Shown here: piece by piece, positions 9,896 through 19,593 of the stretch
How the letters are laid out: each line of letters begins with the position of its first letter
How positions within the stretch are numbered: the stretch's first letter is position 1
NCBI GenBank assembly: GCA_964520295.1
Contig: CAZFMQ010000003.1
Location: 1,060 to 65,059 of the forward strand
Source: an uncultured Candidatus Saccharibacteria bacterium
Lineage (GTDB): Bacteria; Patescibacteriota; Minisyncoccia; Phycocordibacterales; EsbW-18
Direction of reading: 5' to 3'
Length of the DNA: 64,000 bases
Program-made: the position numbers and the translations under genes
Notes under the pieces: generated by a model
Database searches by the model: none
What the model was told of the DNA's origin: nothing
What the model saw: the letters and a program-made list of their open reading frames with translations, nothing else

Positions 9896-11845
9896 ATGGG
9901 TATTCTTGATTTTATCAGAGGAAAAAAGAGTAGCGAGGCACCAGAGATTTCTCCTGTGCTTCCAAAAGATATTTACGAAGCAGGCGTCCTTGAACTGCAA
10001 GATATTATTGCGCCATCGGCACTCAAAGTAACGCCGCGCGCACTCAATCTTGGTGATAAAGTGGTACGTACATTCTTTGCTATTTCGTATCCACGCTTTC
10101 TGCCCGACAACTGGCTCTCTCCTATTATCAATATGGATAAGGTGTTTGATATTTCTATCTCCATCATTCCTGTAGATACTGCGCAAGTGCTCAAAGAGTT
10201 TCGTAAGCGTGTAGCGGAAGTACAAAGCCAAATCAATATCCGTGAACAACGTGGTTTAGTACGTGATCCAATGCTGGATTCTGCCTACCAAAACCTTGAA
10301 AACCTTCGTGACCAACTTCAGCAGGCAACAGAAAAGCTCTTTGATGTGGGACTCTATATCACCATTTATGCCAGCCAGGAGGAGGAGCTCAATAAAATTG
10401 AAAGTGAGATTCGCTCTGTGCTTGAAAGTCGCCTCATCTACATCAAACCAGCACTCTTTCAACAAGAGCAGGGGTTCCGCAGTGTACTGCCAATACAACA
10501 AGATGAGCTTGGTGTGCACAGCAAACTCAACACCTCGCCACTTTCATCATTTTTCCCGTTTGTATCGTTTGACCTCACCTCCACACAGGGTATTTTGTAC
10601 GGTATCAACCGCCACAACTCTGGCCTCATCATCTTTGACCGATTCTCTATGCCGAACTACAACTCGGTGATGTTTGCTACCTCCGGTTCGGGTAAATCAT
10701 TTGCAACAAAGCTAGAAATTATACGCACGCTCATGTTTGATACCGAAGTTATTGTTATTGACCCAGAGCGTGAGTACGAACGCTTGGCAGAAGCAATGGG
10801 CGGACGTTACTTCAATATCTCACTCACATCAGAACACCACATCAACCCATTTGAGCTCCCACCTATTCGTGAAGATGAAACACCCGCAAACGTATTGCGC
10901 TCACAGATTGTGACACTTGTGGGGCTGTTCCGCATTATGTTTGGTGGTCTCACCCCCGAAGAAGATGCCATCATTGACCGTGCCATCACCGAAACATACG
11001 CACTCAAAGATATCACGGGCGACCATGACTTCACCGGCATTGAACCACCACTGCTTGCCGACTTTGAATTGGTACTCACCGGTATGGAAGGAGGGGAGTC
11101 ACTGGTACAACGCTTAACAAAGTACACGAAGGGTACATGGTCTGGGTTTATCAACCGACCAACAAACGTAGACATCAATAAAAAGTTTGTGGTGTTCTCG
11201 GTACGTGACATGGAAGATGAACTCAAACCGGTTGCCATGTATCTCATCACCAACTACATTTGGGGCACTATTCGCCGCACACTCAAAAAACGATTGCTCG
11301 TGGTGGATGAGGCGTGGTGGATGATGAAAGCAGAGGATACCGCATCGTTGCTCTTCGGCCTGGCGAAGCGCGGACGCAAGTACTACCTTGGTATTGCAAC
11401 GATTACACAAGACGTGAACGACTTCTTGCGCTCACCATATGGATTGCCAATTATCACCAACTCATCCATTCAATTACTCTTGAAGCAGTCGCCGTCAACA
11501 ATTGACTTGGTGCAACAAACATTCAATCTTACCGACGAAGAAAAGTATCTTTTGCTGGAGTCGGGGTTGGGAGAGGGAATCTTCTTTGCAGGTCTCAAGC
11601 ACGTTGCCGTCAAAGTGTATGCTTCATACACCGAAGAACAGCTCATTACCTCTGACCCATCACAACTTATAGCGCTCAAAAAGGCAAAACAGGAGCTCAA
11701 AGACGCCCAAGATCAAGGTGATGCATCAGGTTTGCAGGAAAAAATCTACTCAAAAAGCCCGATAGGGGGTGATTCCGTAGCATCTCAGCAATCCCCACAA
11801 AATAGCGGAATTGCAGGAAATGTTGAAATGAAAAATGTACAATAG
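9896..11845 (+). CDS. virB4: VirB4/TraC-family T4SS ATPase
   Basis: Walker A ATSGSGKS, VIDPEREY, Walker B VVDEAW, KRGRKY..TITQDVNDF. Start reassigned to ATG 9896. Confidence 0.88.
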   Translation: MGILDFIRGKKSSEAPEISPVLPKDIYEAGVLELQDIIAPSALKVTPRALNLGDKVVRTFFAISYPRFLPDNWLSPIINMDKVFDISISIIPVDTAQVLKEFRKRVAEVQSQINIREQRGLVRDPMLDSAYQNLENLRDQLQQATEKLFDVGLYITIYASQEEELNKIESEIRSVLESRLIYIKPALFQQEQGFRSVLPIQQDELGVHSKLNTSPLSSFFPFVSFDLTSTQGILYGINRHNSGLIIFDRFSMPNYNSVMFATSGSGKSFATKLEIIRTLMFDTEVIVIDPEREYERLAEAMGGRYFNISLTSEHHINPFELPPIREDETPANVLRSQIVTLVGLFRIMFGGLTPEEDAIIDRAITETYALKDITGDHDFTGIEPPLLADFELVLTGMEGGESLVQRLTKYTKGTWSGFINRPTNVDINKKFVVFSVRDMEDELKPVAMYLITNYIWGTIRRTLKKRLLVVDEAWWMMKAEDTASLLFGLAKRGRKYYLGIATITQDVNDFLRSPYGLPIITNSSIQLLLKQSPSTIDLVQQTFNLTDEEKYLLLESGLGEGIFFAGLKHVAVKVYASYTEEQLITSDPSQLIALKKAKQELKDAQDQGDASGLQEKIYSKSPIGGDSVASQQSPQNSGIAGNVEMKNVQ

Positions 11846-11850
11846 AGTAC

Positions 11851-12342
11851 ATGGATGAACAGAATCCAGGTACAGGAATGCAAAACGTGGAGGGTTTTGC
11901 AAATGACATTGATGCGGCAGGGCAGGGTGGTGATAGTGCACCAAAAGAACTTATCTCTAATACCCAAAAAGTATTTTTAGTGGGAACCGCCATTCTTTTT
12001 GACCTCTTGAGCATTGTACTACCCGCAGTAATGTCTATTGTTGCCGCTGTTGTTTTTGGTATTTGGTTTTTGATACTTAAATTGCCACTTTTAAGCCCGA
12101 AAAAACTAGTAACACAGGCCCTTGCCCTGTTTGGAGAAAGCGTACCTGCTATATCCATACTGCCGTTTATTACGATAGGTGTTATGCTTATGATTAGTAT
12201 GGAGAAAATAAAAGAAAAAACCGGTGTTGATGCCTTCGCACTTGTATCAAAGGGCAGACCATCTGCATCGGGCACTGCAAGTACGGCAGCAAAACAAGCG
12301 GTACGACCATCGATGAACGACATGCTTCCCTCAACATCGTAA
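11851..12342 (+). CDS. Hypothetical membrane protein of the T4SS-like cluster
   Basis: 2-3 hydrophobic helices; 5 nt after virB4. Confidence 0.65.
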   Translation: MDEQNPGTGMQNVEGFANDIDAAGQGGDSAPKELISNTQKVFLVGTAILFDLLSIVLPAVMSIVAAVVFGIWFLILKLPLLSPKKLVTQALALFGESVPAISILPFITIGVMLMISMEKIKEKTGVDAFALVSKGRPSASGTASTAAKQAVRPSMNDMLPSTS

Positions 12343-12344
12343 GT

Positions 12345-13055
12345 ATGAAGAAAGTACTCATTACAGCATTCTTTTTCTCTCTTTTTGTTCCGCTGTATTC
12401 ATATGCGCAAATAAATGTGGCGACACAAAATGTTACCGCAACCGTAGAACTCATGTGGGAGTCACATGCGTATATACCACCATTCTATACAGGACGTGCG
12501 CTCTACCCCGTTGGTGCTGAAGTAACGATGTATGCACTCCCGCCCGCAGATCTTGGTGCACCGAACACACTAACCTACACATGGAAAAAAGACAGTGTCG
12601 TGCAAGGATCACTCTCGGGTATTGGCAAACGCTCGTACACATTCTCGGGCTCACAGTTCGGTGATTCACCACTTATTGCCGTTGAAGTATCCAACGGCAC
12701 ACAAACAGCCGTGGGTGCCGTGCGCCTCGCACAAGCAGACCCTGTCATACGACAGTACCCCAACACACCACTGGGTGGTATTCTTTTTGATCACGCACTT
12801 CCCAATGCCCTTACCACACAAGAAGAAACATTTGGTGTAGAGGCATATCCGTACTTTTTTTCAGCCTCATCACGAACCGATATTCCACTTCGCTACACGT
12901 GGAATATCGGGGGATCGACAGTCGCTGATGCAACAGGACCTTCCATTGCCATTACATCAGAACAACCGACACGCATCAATGCACAGCTAACCATCAACAA
13001 CACGGCGCAGATATTGCAACGTGCCACAAAAGCACTGACCATCACCTTTGAATAA
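12345..13055 (+). CDS. Exported protein with two Ig/PKD-like beta domains
   Basis: Signal peptide; repeated LxYTW motifs (LTYTWKK, LRYTWNI). Confidence 0.65.
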   Translation: MKKVLITAFFFSLFVPLYSYAQINVATQNVTATVELMWESHAYIPPFYTGRALYPVGAEVTMYALPPADLGAPNTLTYTWKKDSVVQGSLSGIGKRSYTFSGSQFGDSPLIAVEVSNGTQTAVGAVRLAQADPVIRQYPNTPLGGILFDHALPNALTTQEETFGVEAYPYFFSASSRTDIPLRYTWNIGGSTVADATGPSIAITSEQPTRINAQLTINNTAQILQRATKALTITFE

Positions 13056-13056
13056 T

Positions 13057-13989
13057 ATGAAACGCGCTCTCTTATTTTCAACTATTATTGTTCTCACACT
13101 CGTTGTATTGCCATTATTTGTAGAGGCGCAAACATACGAGTTTCTTGTAAAGGATTTACCATTTATTACAGAAGCTGAAGATGAGGGTCTTCCAGGACTT
13201 TTGAATGCGTTCTTTAAGTTTGGATTGGCGATTGCCGTAACACTCTCGGTGGTGATGTTTACCTACAACGGCGTGCAGTACATGGTATCTGACGTGGTAA
13301 AAAATAAAAGTAAGGCAGTTGGTGGTATGCAAGCGTCTATATGGGGACTGGTGATGGCATTTGCGGCATGGCTTGTATTGCGCACCATCAATCCCGCGCT
13401 TGTTGATTTTCAATTGTTTAAAACAATCCAAGAAGTGCGGGATCGTTTGAACACAAACATTGAAGAGCAGACCACCCCTGGACCGACTGCAACCACCACA
13501 CCAGGAGAAATGCCTGAGTCGGAGCGTGCTGCCAGAGAAAAATTAAAAGCTTTAGGAATTGGGGTCAATAGAGAAAATCATTGTGAAACAGCAACGAGTA
13601 GGAACTGTACAAATGTTGCTAATATGCCAGCAGCAATGGTTAGTTTATTGAGTAGAATGACGCAATTTGGCAAATGTCCAGAGAGCGGCCCATTCACTAA
13701 TTGTCCCATAACAATTACAGGGGGAACGGAGATGTTCCCACACAGAACACATGGTCCGGGCAAACCAGTGGTCGACCTCAGAAAAAATATTGCGGTTGAA
13801 AAATGGTTGCAGGCATATGCAACAAAATGTCCCGCACAATACGATGGTGGTGATGTGTGGATTGTAAAGAACGCATTGCAACAATATTTTTGGGATGAAC
13901 AAGGTGGAGATCCTCACTGGCATGCATGTATGGGTAGCACATTTTGTGGCAACATTGGTTCAGTATGCGAAACCGTTCATGAAAACTAA
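13057..13989 (+). CDS. TrbC/VirB2-like pilin domain fused to a Cys-rich putative Zn-peptidase domain
   Basis: Signal peptide, then a pilin-like hairpin (GVQYMVSD...KSKA...IWGLVMAFAAWLVLRTINPAL). C-terminus has THGPGKPVVD and DPHWH. Confidence 0.65.
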   Translation: MKRALLFSTIIVLTLVVLPLFVEAQTYEFLVKDLPFITEAEDEGLPGLLNAFFKFGLAIAVTLSVVMFTYNGVQYMVSDVVKNKSKAVGGMQASIWGLVMAFAAWLVLRTINPALVDFQLFKTIQEVRDRLNTNIEEQTTPGPTATTTPGEMPESERAAREKLKALGIGVNRENHCETATSRNCTNVANMPAAMVSLLSRMTQFGKCPESGPFTNCPITITGGTEMFPHRTHGPGKPVVDLRKNIAVEKWLQAYATKCPAQYDGGDVWIVKNALQQYFWDEQGGDPHWHACMGSTFCGNIGSVCETVHEN

Positions 13990-13991
13990 CT

Positions 13992-15263
13992 ATGCGTAGA
14001 ACACTTACCATTCTCACAATCATTATTGGTATCATCGCTGTCATTGCGACAGTGTGGTGGTTTGTGGCACACCGCACATCTGAAATACCATTAGACGTTA
14101 CCACTACTCCTGATCGCACATTCAACCCATTCGGATTGTTTAGTGGAGACGACACTACCACTACAACCGGCACAGGCACGGACACGCCGTTATTCCCTGA
14201 TGTACCAATGACAGTGGAACGCCCGTCACTTTTCAAAATCACCGAAGGTCCTGTTGCGGGTGTAACCACCTATGCGACAACCAACGGCACCACAACAGAA
14301 CACTTCGTCCGCTACGTAGAGCGTAATTCCGGCAACATCTACGACTACTCGCTTTCAACAGGACGTGAAGTACGTGTATCCAACACCACCATTCCACGTG
14401 TGCATGAAGCACTCTTTGGTAACAGTGGGGCAACGGTTGTATATCGTCGCCTACAAGACGATGGAGAAACTGTTGAAACCTATCTCGGCTCAATTTCATC
14501 GGCAACCACCACTGAAACTCGACTCTCGGGTTCATTCCTTCCTGAAAATATTCTCACTATCGCACTACACCCAGACGATAACCGCGTATTTTATACACTA
14601 CGTTCAGGAGAAAATGGTGCCATCGGCTATGTGGTATCGGGTAGCGCAACAACAAATGTATTTTCACATCCATTCTACCAGTGGCAGGCACACTGGAGCG
14701 GTAACACCGTACTTCTTTCTACCGCACCATCATACGGAGTAGGGGGTAGCGCATTCACACTCAACACAAACACGGGCGCACTCGCACGCTTTGCGACAGG
14801 ACCAGGATTGACCGTACTACCAAGTGGCAGTGTCAATACACACCTTGTCGGTACTGCAAATAACAACCGATTAAATCTTTCAACGTACTCTGCAACAACG
14901 AACGCCTTCACTAATTTGTCTATGAGTGCACTCCCTGAAAAATGTGTGTGGGCAAGCGGTACAACGCTGTACTGTGCTGTTCCTTCAAACCCAGCGACCG
15001 ACATGCCTGATATTTGGTACCAAGGTGCAATCGCGCTTGCCGACACGTTGTGGAAAATTGACACCACCTCAGGAATAACTGAATACATCGTTGACCCCAA
15101 CCGAACAATCTCTATTGGTGTTGATATGATTGACCTTGCGCTTTCGCAAGACAGCAACAATCTAGTATTCATCAACAAGCGTGATCGCTCTCTGTGGGTT
15201 GCTGACCTTGCACTACTTACCCTTGAAAACAACCAATCAAATACCGTTGAGGGGGCCTTCTAG
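13992..15263 (+). CDS. Membrane-anchored probable beta-propeller protein
   Basis: N-terminal TM helix, Thr-rich linker, repeated beta blades (YVERNSGNIY, PEKCVW..LYCAVP, LVFINKRD.SLW). Confidence 0.65.
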   Translation: MRRTLTILTIIIGIIAVIATVWWFVAHRTSEIPLDVTTTPDRTFNPFGLFSGDDTTTTTGTGTDTPLFPDVPMTVERPSLFKITEGPVAGVTTYATTNGTTTEHFVRYVERNSGNIYDYSLSTGREVRVSNTTIPRVHEALFGNSGATVVYRRLQDDGETVETYLGSISSATTTETRLSGSFLPENILTIALHPDDNRVFYTLRSGENGAIGYVVSGSATTNVFSHPFYQWQAHWSGNTVLLSTAPSYGVGGSAFTLNTNTGALARFATGPGLTVLPSGSVNTHLVGTANNNRLNLSTYSATTNAFTNLSMSALPEKCVWASGTTLYCAVPSNPATDMPDIWYQGAIALADTLWKIDTTSGITEYIVDPNRTISIGVDMIDLALSQDSNNLVFINKRDRSLWVADLALLTLENNQSNTVEGAF

Positions 15264-15979
15264 TGTTCCTCGCGATGCTTACGCAAAAACGCTTCTTGTG
15301 CAATAGAGAAGAGGTTGCTTGTTGTCCAATACAAACCCGCAGATGCAGGAAGTGCTGCAGCAATAACAACAATAATCACAGGAAATACGTATTTCATTTG
15401 GAATGACATACTTTTCTGGAATGACGCACCGAACGAATCAGTGTTACCTGATGGTTGTGGCATACGCATAAGGTACGCTTGGAAAAATTGTGACACTCCT
15501 GCAAGAACCGCGATAGGTAAACTTTTTTGTGCCACATCAATAAAACCCATAAAAATAGTGCTTATTTCGGGAGGTACTGATACAAAAGAGTATAGAAAAT
15601 CGGGATTTATGACCGGAAATCCATCGCGTACGAGTGTGAAGTACAATCCAAAAATAATAGGGATCTGTACAAACATAAAGGCAATGCTTGCGAACGGATT
15701 TATTTTATATTCACGATACAACGCCAACATTTTTTGTGCCTGTTGTTGACGATCGTTTTTAAACTTTTCACGAATCTCTTCCATTTTTGGTTGTACCTGT
15801 TGCATCACCATTTGGGTTTTCAATGCACGCTGTGCAAGAGGAAAGAGCACGAGACGAACCAATATAGTAAACGCAATAACAATAATACCGAGATCCGCCC
15901 ATGGCAGAAGGTGCATGAGACCAACAACGCCGTTGTAGAGTGGCTGTGTAACAAGTGTAAAGAAAATTCCGTGTGACAT
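15260..15979 (-). CDS. yidC: Membrane protein insertase YidC (short form)
   Basis: FTILVRLVLFPL, QPKMEEIREK, QIPI, LYWTTSNLFSIAQ; syntenic with rnpA-rpmH-dnaA. Confidence 0.93.
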   Translation of the reverse strand: MSHGIFFTLVTQPLYNGVVGLMHLLPWADLGIIVIAFTILVRLVLFPLAQRALKTQMVMQQVQPKMEEIREKFKNDRQQQAQKMLALYREYKINPFASIAFMFVQIPIIFGLYFTLVRDGFPVINPDFLYSFVSVPPEISTIFMGFIDVAQKSLPIAVLAGVSQFFQAYLMRMPQPSGNTDSFGASFQKSMSFQMKYVFPVIIVVIAAALPASAGLYWTTSNLFSIAQEAFLRKHREEH

Positions 15980-15986
15980 ATGAACG

Positions 15987-16334
15987 TTATTGTATATCTG
16001 TCTGTCTATCCTCGCCACTAGACAGTAGTGTTTTAATTTCTTCTTTCAAGATATCACTAGGCGGGAGCGTTTTTTGTAACATAATAAAAATAAAGGTGCC
16101 GTGTATGTTTTTTTCTTTATTATATATTTCTCCAATAGCTGTATATACTTTTCGACGTAATGTATTACGTGCAACCGCGCTCGGTGCGACTTTTTTACTT
16201 ACCGTTACCGCACATCGAAAATGGGTGGTTGAGGGGATACTACGTACAATAAAGTGTTTTGAGCGCAAAACAACGCCGTCTTTAAAAACGGCGTTGAACT
16301 GTGTTGTGGTGATGCGGTGTTTTTTAGGAAGCAT
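15987..16334 (-). CDS. rnpA: Ribonuclease P protein component
   Basis: MLPKKHRI, VSKKVAPSAVARNTLRR (RNR motif). Confidence 0.92.
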   Translation of the reverse strand: MLPKKHRITTTQFNAVFKDGVVLRSKHFIVRSIPSTTHFRCAVTVSKKVAPSAVARNTLRRKVYTAIGEIYNKEKNIHGTFIFIMLQKTLPPSDILKEEIKTLLSSGEDRQTDIQ

Positions 16335-16350
16335 TACACAATGCTCTTAT

Positions 16351-16485
16351 TTACACAGCAAGGCGTGCGCGGCCTTTTGAGCGGCGGCGCTTAATCATCT
16401 TGCGCCCCCCTGCGGTTTTGGTACGAACGAGAAAACCGTGTGTTTTTGCTCGTTTTCGCTTCTTTGGCTGGTTTGTTCGCTTCAT
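16351..16485 (-). CDS. rpmH: 50S ribosomal protein L34 (below the ORF-track length cutoff)
   Basis: Manual translation [44 protein letters not shown]. Confidence 0.96.
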   Translation of the reverse strand: MKRTNQPKKRKRAKTHGFLVRTKTAGGRKMIKRRRSKGRARLAV

Positions 16486-16628
16486 ATAATTTGACTTTTT
16501 TAACGGTTTGTTATGTGTTGTTAGATTGCACCATCCGTTGTCCCCACATTATAAACATAGTTTTCTCCTTTTCTCAAGGTTGTACCTTTTCAAATACGTT
16601 TATAATGAGCAGACAAACTTCCTTCACC

Positions 16629-18005
16629 ATGTCCACCACCACAGCCCAAACACCAACAGATACAAAAGATTTATGGATGCAGGTATTAGGTGCTGTTGAA
16701 CTTCTTGTTTCTAAGGCAATCTTTAAGACGTGGTTTAAAGATACTCATATTGTAAAAGTAGAGGACGGTGTGGTGTTTGTGGGTGTTCCAAATGTTTTTA
16801 CAAAGGATTTGATCACGGAAAAGTACCATAAAATGGTGTTAAAGGCGCTCCGTGATATTTCATATACCATCAGATCGGTTGAATACATGATTTCTACAAA
16901 ACCGCCTTCTGATACAAAAATCCTTTCATATCAATCAACTCATCAACACGATGGTGGGGAAGAACTACCACTTCGTGATTTATATATCAATAAAAGCGAT
17001 AATTTGAACCCTCGGTATACGTTTGATTCTTTTGTGGTTGGTTCATTTAATGAGCTGGCGTACGCAGCAGCACAAGCGATTTTAGAGCGTCCGGGTGCAC
17101 GTTATAATCCATTCTTTGTGTATGGACAAACAGGGCATGGAAAAACACACCTTATCCAAGCAATTGGTAATGAAGTAAAAAAGAAGTTTCCTGATAAAAA
17201 GGTTTTTTATGTTACATCAGAACGGTTTGCTCAAGATCTTGTGAATTCTATTCAAACGAATGCAGTTAATAATTTTAAAGAACGTTATCGAAAATATGAT
17301 GTACTCATTATGGATGATGTACAGTTCCTTTCTAATAAAGAAAAAACACAAGAAGAGTTGTTTCATCTTTTTAATGAAATTTTTGATAGAAATGGACAAA
17401 TTATCTTTTCATCAGATAGACATCCAAATTACATCCAAAGCTTAGCAGATCGCCTAAAATCGCGTTTTAACGCTGGTATGACGGTGGATATTCCTCCTCC
17501 TGACTTTGAATCACGACTCGCAATCGTCAAATCAAAAACAAATGAGAATAATGTAGTACTCTCAGAGGAAATACTTTCATATATAGCAAATAGTATTGAA
17601 GGTAATATTCGTGAAATTGAAGGTGCATTAAATTCTATTTTGTGCCAAATCCAACTTAAAAAACGTGATCTTAATCTTAATGAGGTGCGGGATATTATAA
17701 AAAACAGCATCAAACCTAAAAAAATGGTTTCAGTAAAAGATGTTGTTAAGATTGTTGCTGATTTTTATAACTTAGATGAAGAAAATATCTATAAAAAGAG
17801 TCGTAAAAAAGAGGTAGTGAAGCCACGACAGGTTATTATGTACATCCTTAGAGAAGATTTTGCATTACCTTATCCAACAATTGGTCAAAAACTTGGTGGT
17901 CGTGATCACACAACAGTTATTCACTCATACGAAAAAATAAAAGAGGATTTAAAAAATGATCATCAATTAGAACAAGAATTAACTCAAGTACGTGCATTAC
18001 TATAG
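16629..18005 (+). CDS. dnaA: Chromosomal replication initiator DnaA
   Basis: LNPRYTFDSFVVG, YGQTGHGKTHL, DDVQFL, GNIREIEGAL, GGRDHTTVIHS. Start uncertain (16605 or 16629). Confidence 0.97.
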   Translation: MSTTTAQTPTDTKDLWMQVLGAVELLVSKAIFKTWFKDTHIVKVEDGVVFVGVPNVFTKDLITEKYHKMVLKALRDISYTIRSVEYMISTKPPSDTKILSYQSTHQHDGGEELPLRDLYINKSDNLNPRYTFDSFVVGSFNELAYAAAQAILERPGARYNPFFVYGQTGHGKTHLIQAIGNEVKKKFPDKKVFYVTSERFAQDLVNSIQTNAVNNFKERYRKYDVLIMDDVQFLSNKEKTQEELFHLFNEIFDRNGQIIFSSDRHPNYIQSLADRLKSRFNAGMTVDIPPPDFESRLAIVKSKTNENNVVLSEEILSYIANSIEGNIREIEGALNSILCQIQLKKRDLNLNEVRDIIKNSIKPKKMVSVKDVVKIVADFYNLDEENIYKKSRKKEVVKPRQVIMYILREDFALPYPTIGQKLGGRDHTTVIHSYEKIKEDLKNDHQLEQELTQVRALL

Positions 18006-18229
18006 TAATAAGTATGTGTATAACAGTTGTATAAAAATATAAGTATCTGTGTATGAAATGTATATAAATCAAGATTATAAGAAAAGAATCTAAAAATACA
18101 CAATTTTATATTCTCTTCATACGAATGTTATACACTTCCATCATTCTAAAAAGAGCTTACAGAACACTATAAAATCAACTTATACACTCATCCACTGCAC
18201 TAATAGTAATAATAAATTTATTTATATAT
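18006..18229. other. Replication origin oriC (dnaA-dnaN intergenic)
   Basis: Very AT-rich. DnaA-box-like 9-mers at 18015 (tgtgtataa), 18048, 18128, 18180 (ttatacact) and 18188 (tcatccact), followed by a TAA-TAG-TAA-TAA-TAA run at 18201-18215. Confidence 0.85.
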
Positions 18230-19330
18230 ATGAAATTCACTGTTCAGAAAGAACAACTACACACTGCAATCAACAGTGTTGAACGAGTTACAGGACGTAA
18301 CCTGTCACTTCCTGTATTACGTTGTGTGCTACTTACTGCGGAAGGGAAGTCAGTAGTGGTTCGTGCAACAAATCTTGATATTGGTATAGAAGTTACTATT
18401 CCGGCAGATGTTGTTGAGTCCGGTGTCGTTGCAGTTCCTGCAGATACTTTTAATCAAATGTTATCCACACTTTCATTTTCAGGACCACTCACCGTTTCGC
18501 AAAATGATTCAAAAATTATTATTACTACACCTAAAAGTGAGACGTCAGTTTCTATATTTTCTTCAGAAGATTTTCCATCACTCCCTAAACTGTCAGATAA
18601 AAAACTATTTTCAATTTCTTCAACAGCACTTTCAGAGAGTTTAAAAAGTGTGTGGTGGAGTGCTTCTATTGGAAGTATTAAACCAGAGTTGAGTTCAGTG
18701 TACCTCTATCATCAAGATGGGTATCTCGTTACTGTTGCAACAGACTCATTTCGACTTGCAGAAAAGAAAGTAAAAATTGGAACATTATATGATTTTGAAA
18801 CATTACTTATTCCCTTAAAAAATGTTTCAGAAATGATACGTCATCTAGATACTTTTAAAGGTGATGTAGAAGTAACTGGAGATGTACACCAAATAGGGTT
18901 TGTAATGGGAAATATATATATTACCTCCCGTGCTGTGGATGGGGTATTTCCTGATTATAAACAAATTATTCCAAAAGAATTTGTGACAACTATTACACTC
19001 TTAAAACAAGATTGTATTGATGCACTAAAACATGTACGAGTATTTTCTGATCAATTTAATAAACTTTCATTTTCAGTAGATAAAAAGAAAAAGCAGTGCA
19101 GTGTAAAAACAGTAAATTCAGAAACAGGAGAGAGTGTTATAGAGTTGGATGCTGCTATAGAAGGAGAAGATATTGAAATGAATTTTAATTACGCCTATAT
19201 TTTGGATGGTGTGCAGACAATTACATCAGATAGTGTTGTTATACAGTGTGCAGGTGTAGGAAAACCAACATGTATTCAACCAATAGGAGATAAATCATTT
19301 TTGTATATTGTGATGCCAATGAATAGATAA
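18230..19330 (+). CDS. dnaN: DNA polymerase III beta sliding clamp
   Basis: ATNLDIGI, VATDSFRLA, FPDYKQIIP, YIVMPM; follows dnaA. Confidence 0.96.
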   Translation: MKFTVQKEQLHTAINSVERVTGRNLSLPVLRCVLLTAEGKSVVVRATNLDIGIEVTIPADVVESGVVAVPADTFNQMLSTLSFSGPLTVSQNDSKIIITTPKSETSVSIFSSEDFPSLPKLSDKKLFSISSTALSESLKSVWWSASIGSIKPELSSVYLYHQDGYLVTVATDSFRLAEKKVKIGTLYDFETLLIPLKNVSEMIRHLDTFKGDVEVTGDVHQIGFVMGNIYITSRAVDGVFPDYKQIIPKEFVTTITLLKQDCIDALKHVRVFSDQFNKLSFSVDKKKKQCSVKTVNSETGESVIELDAAIEGEDIEMNFNYAYILDGVQTITSDSVVIQCAGVGKPTCIQPIGDKSFLYIVMPMNR

Positions 19331-19335
19331 GAGAT

Positions 19336-19593
19336 ATGTACAATATAGGAGATTTTCTTTCAAAATATATACGATTTACACCACCAGATATGGTGGTGCG
19401 TAAAAAACTATCAAAAATTATTTCTCAAGAAACTAATAAAACCATTTCAGAGAGTGATATTCGTATTATAGGACCAATCGCATACTGCACGTTTGATAGT
19501 ATGTTTAAAAATATTGTGTTTATGAAGAAAAACACAATATTACAACAATTAACGCAAGAATTAGGAAAGTCCACTATTCGTGATATTCAATAA
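19336..19593 (+). CDS. Small protein, possible minimal DciA (DUF721)-like helicase loader
   Basis: 5 nt after dnaN; C-terminal KNIVFMKKNTILQQLTQELG..IRDI pattern. Confidence 0.5.
   Translation: MYNIGDFLSKYIRFTPPDMVVRKKLSKIISQETNKTISESDIRIIGPIAYCTFDSMFKNIVFMKKNTILQQLTQELGKSTIRDIQ

Noticed and set aside
3042-15263. Integrative conjugative element or prophage
   Set aside because: No integrase, relaxase, att repeats or phage genes; host-like composition; flanked by core genes.
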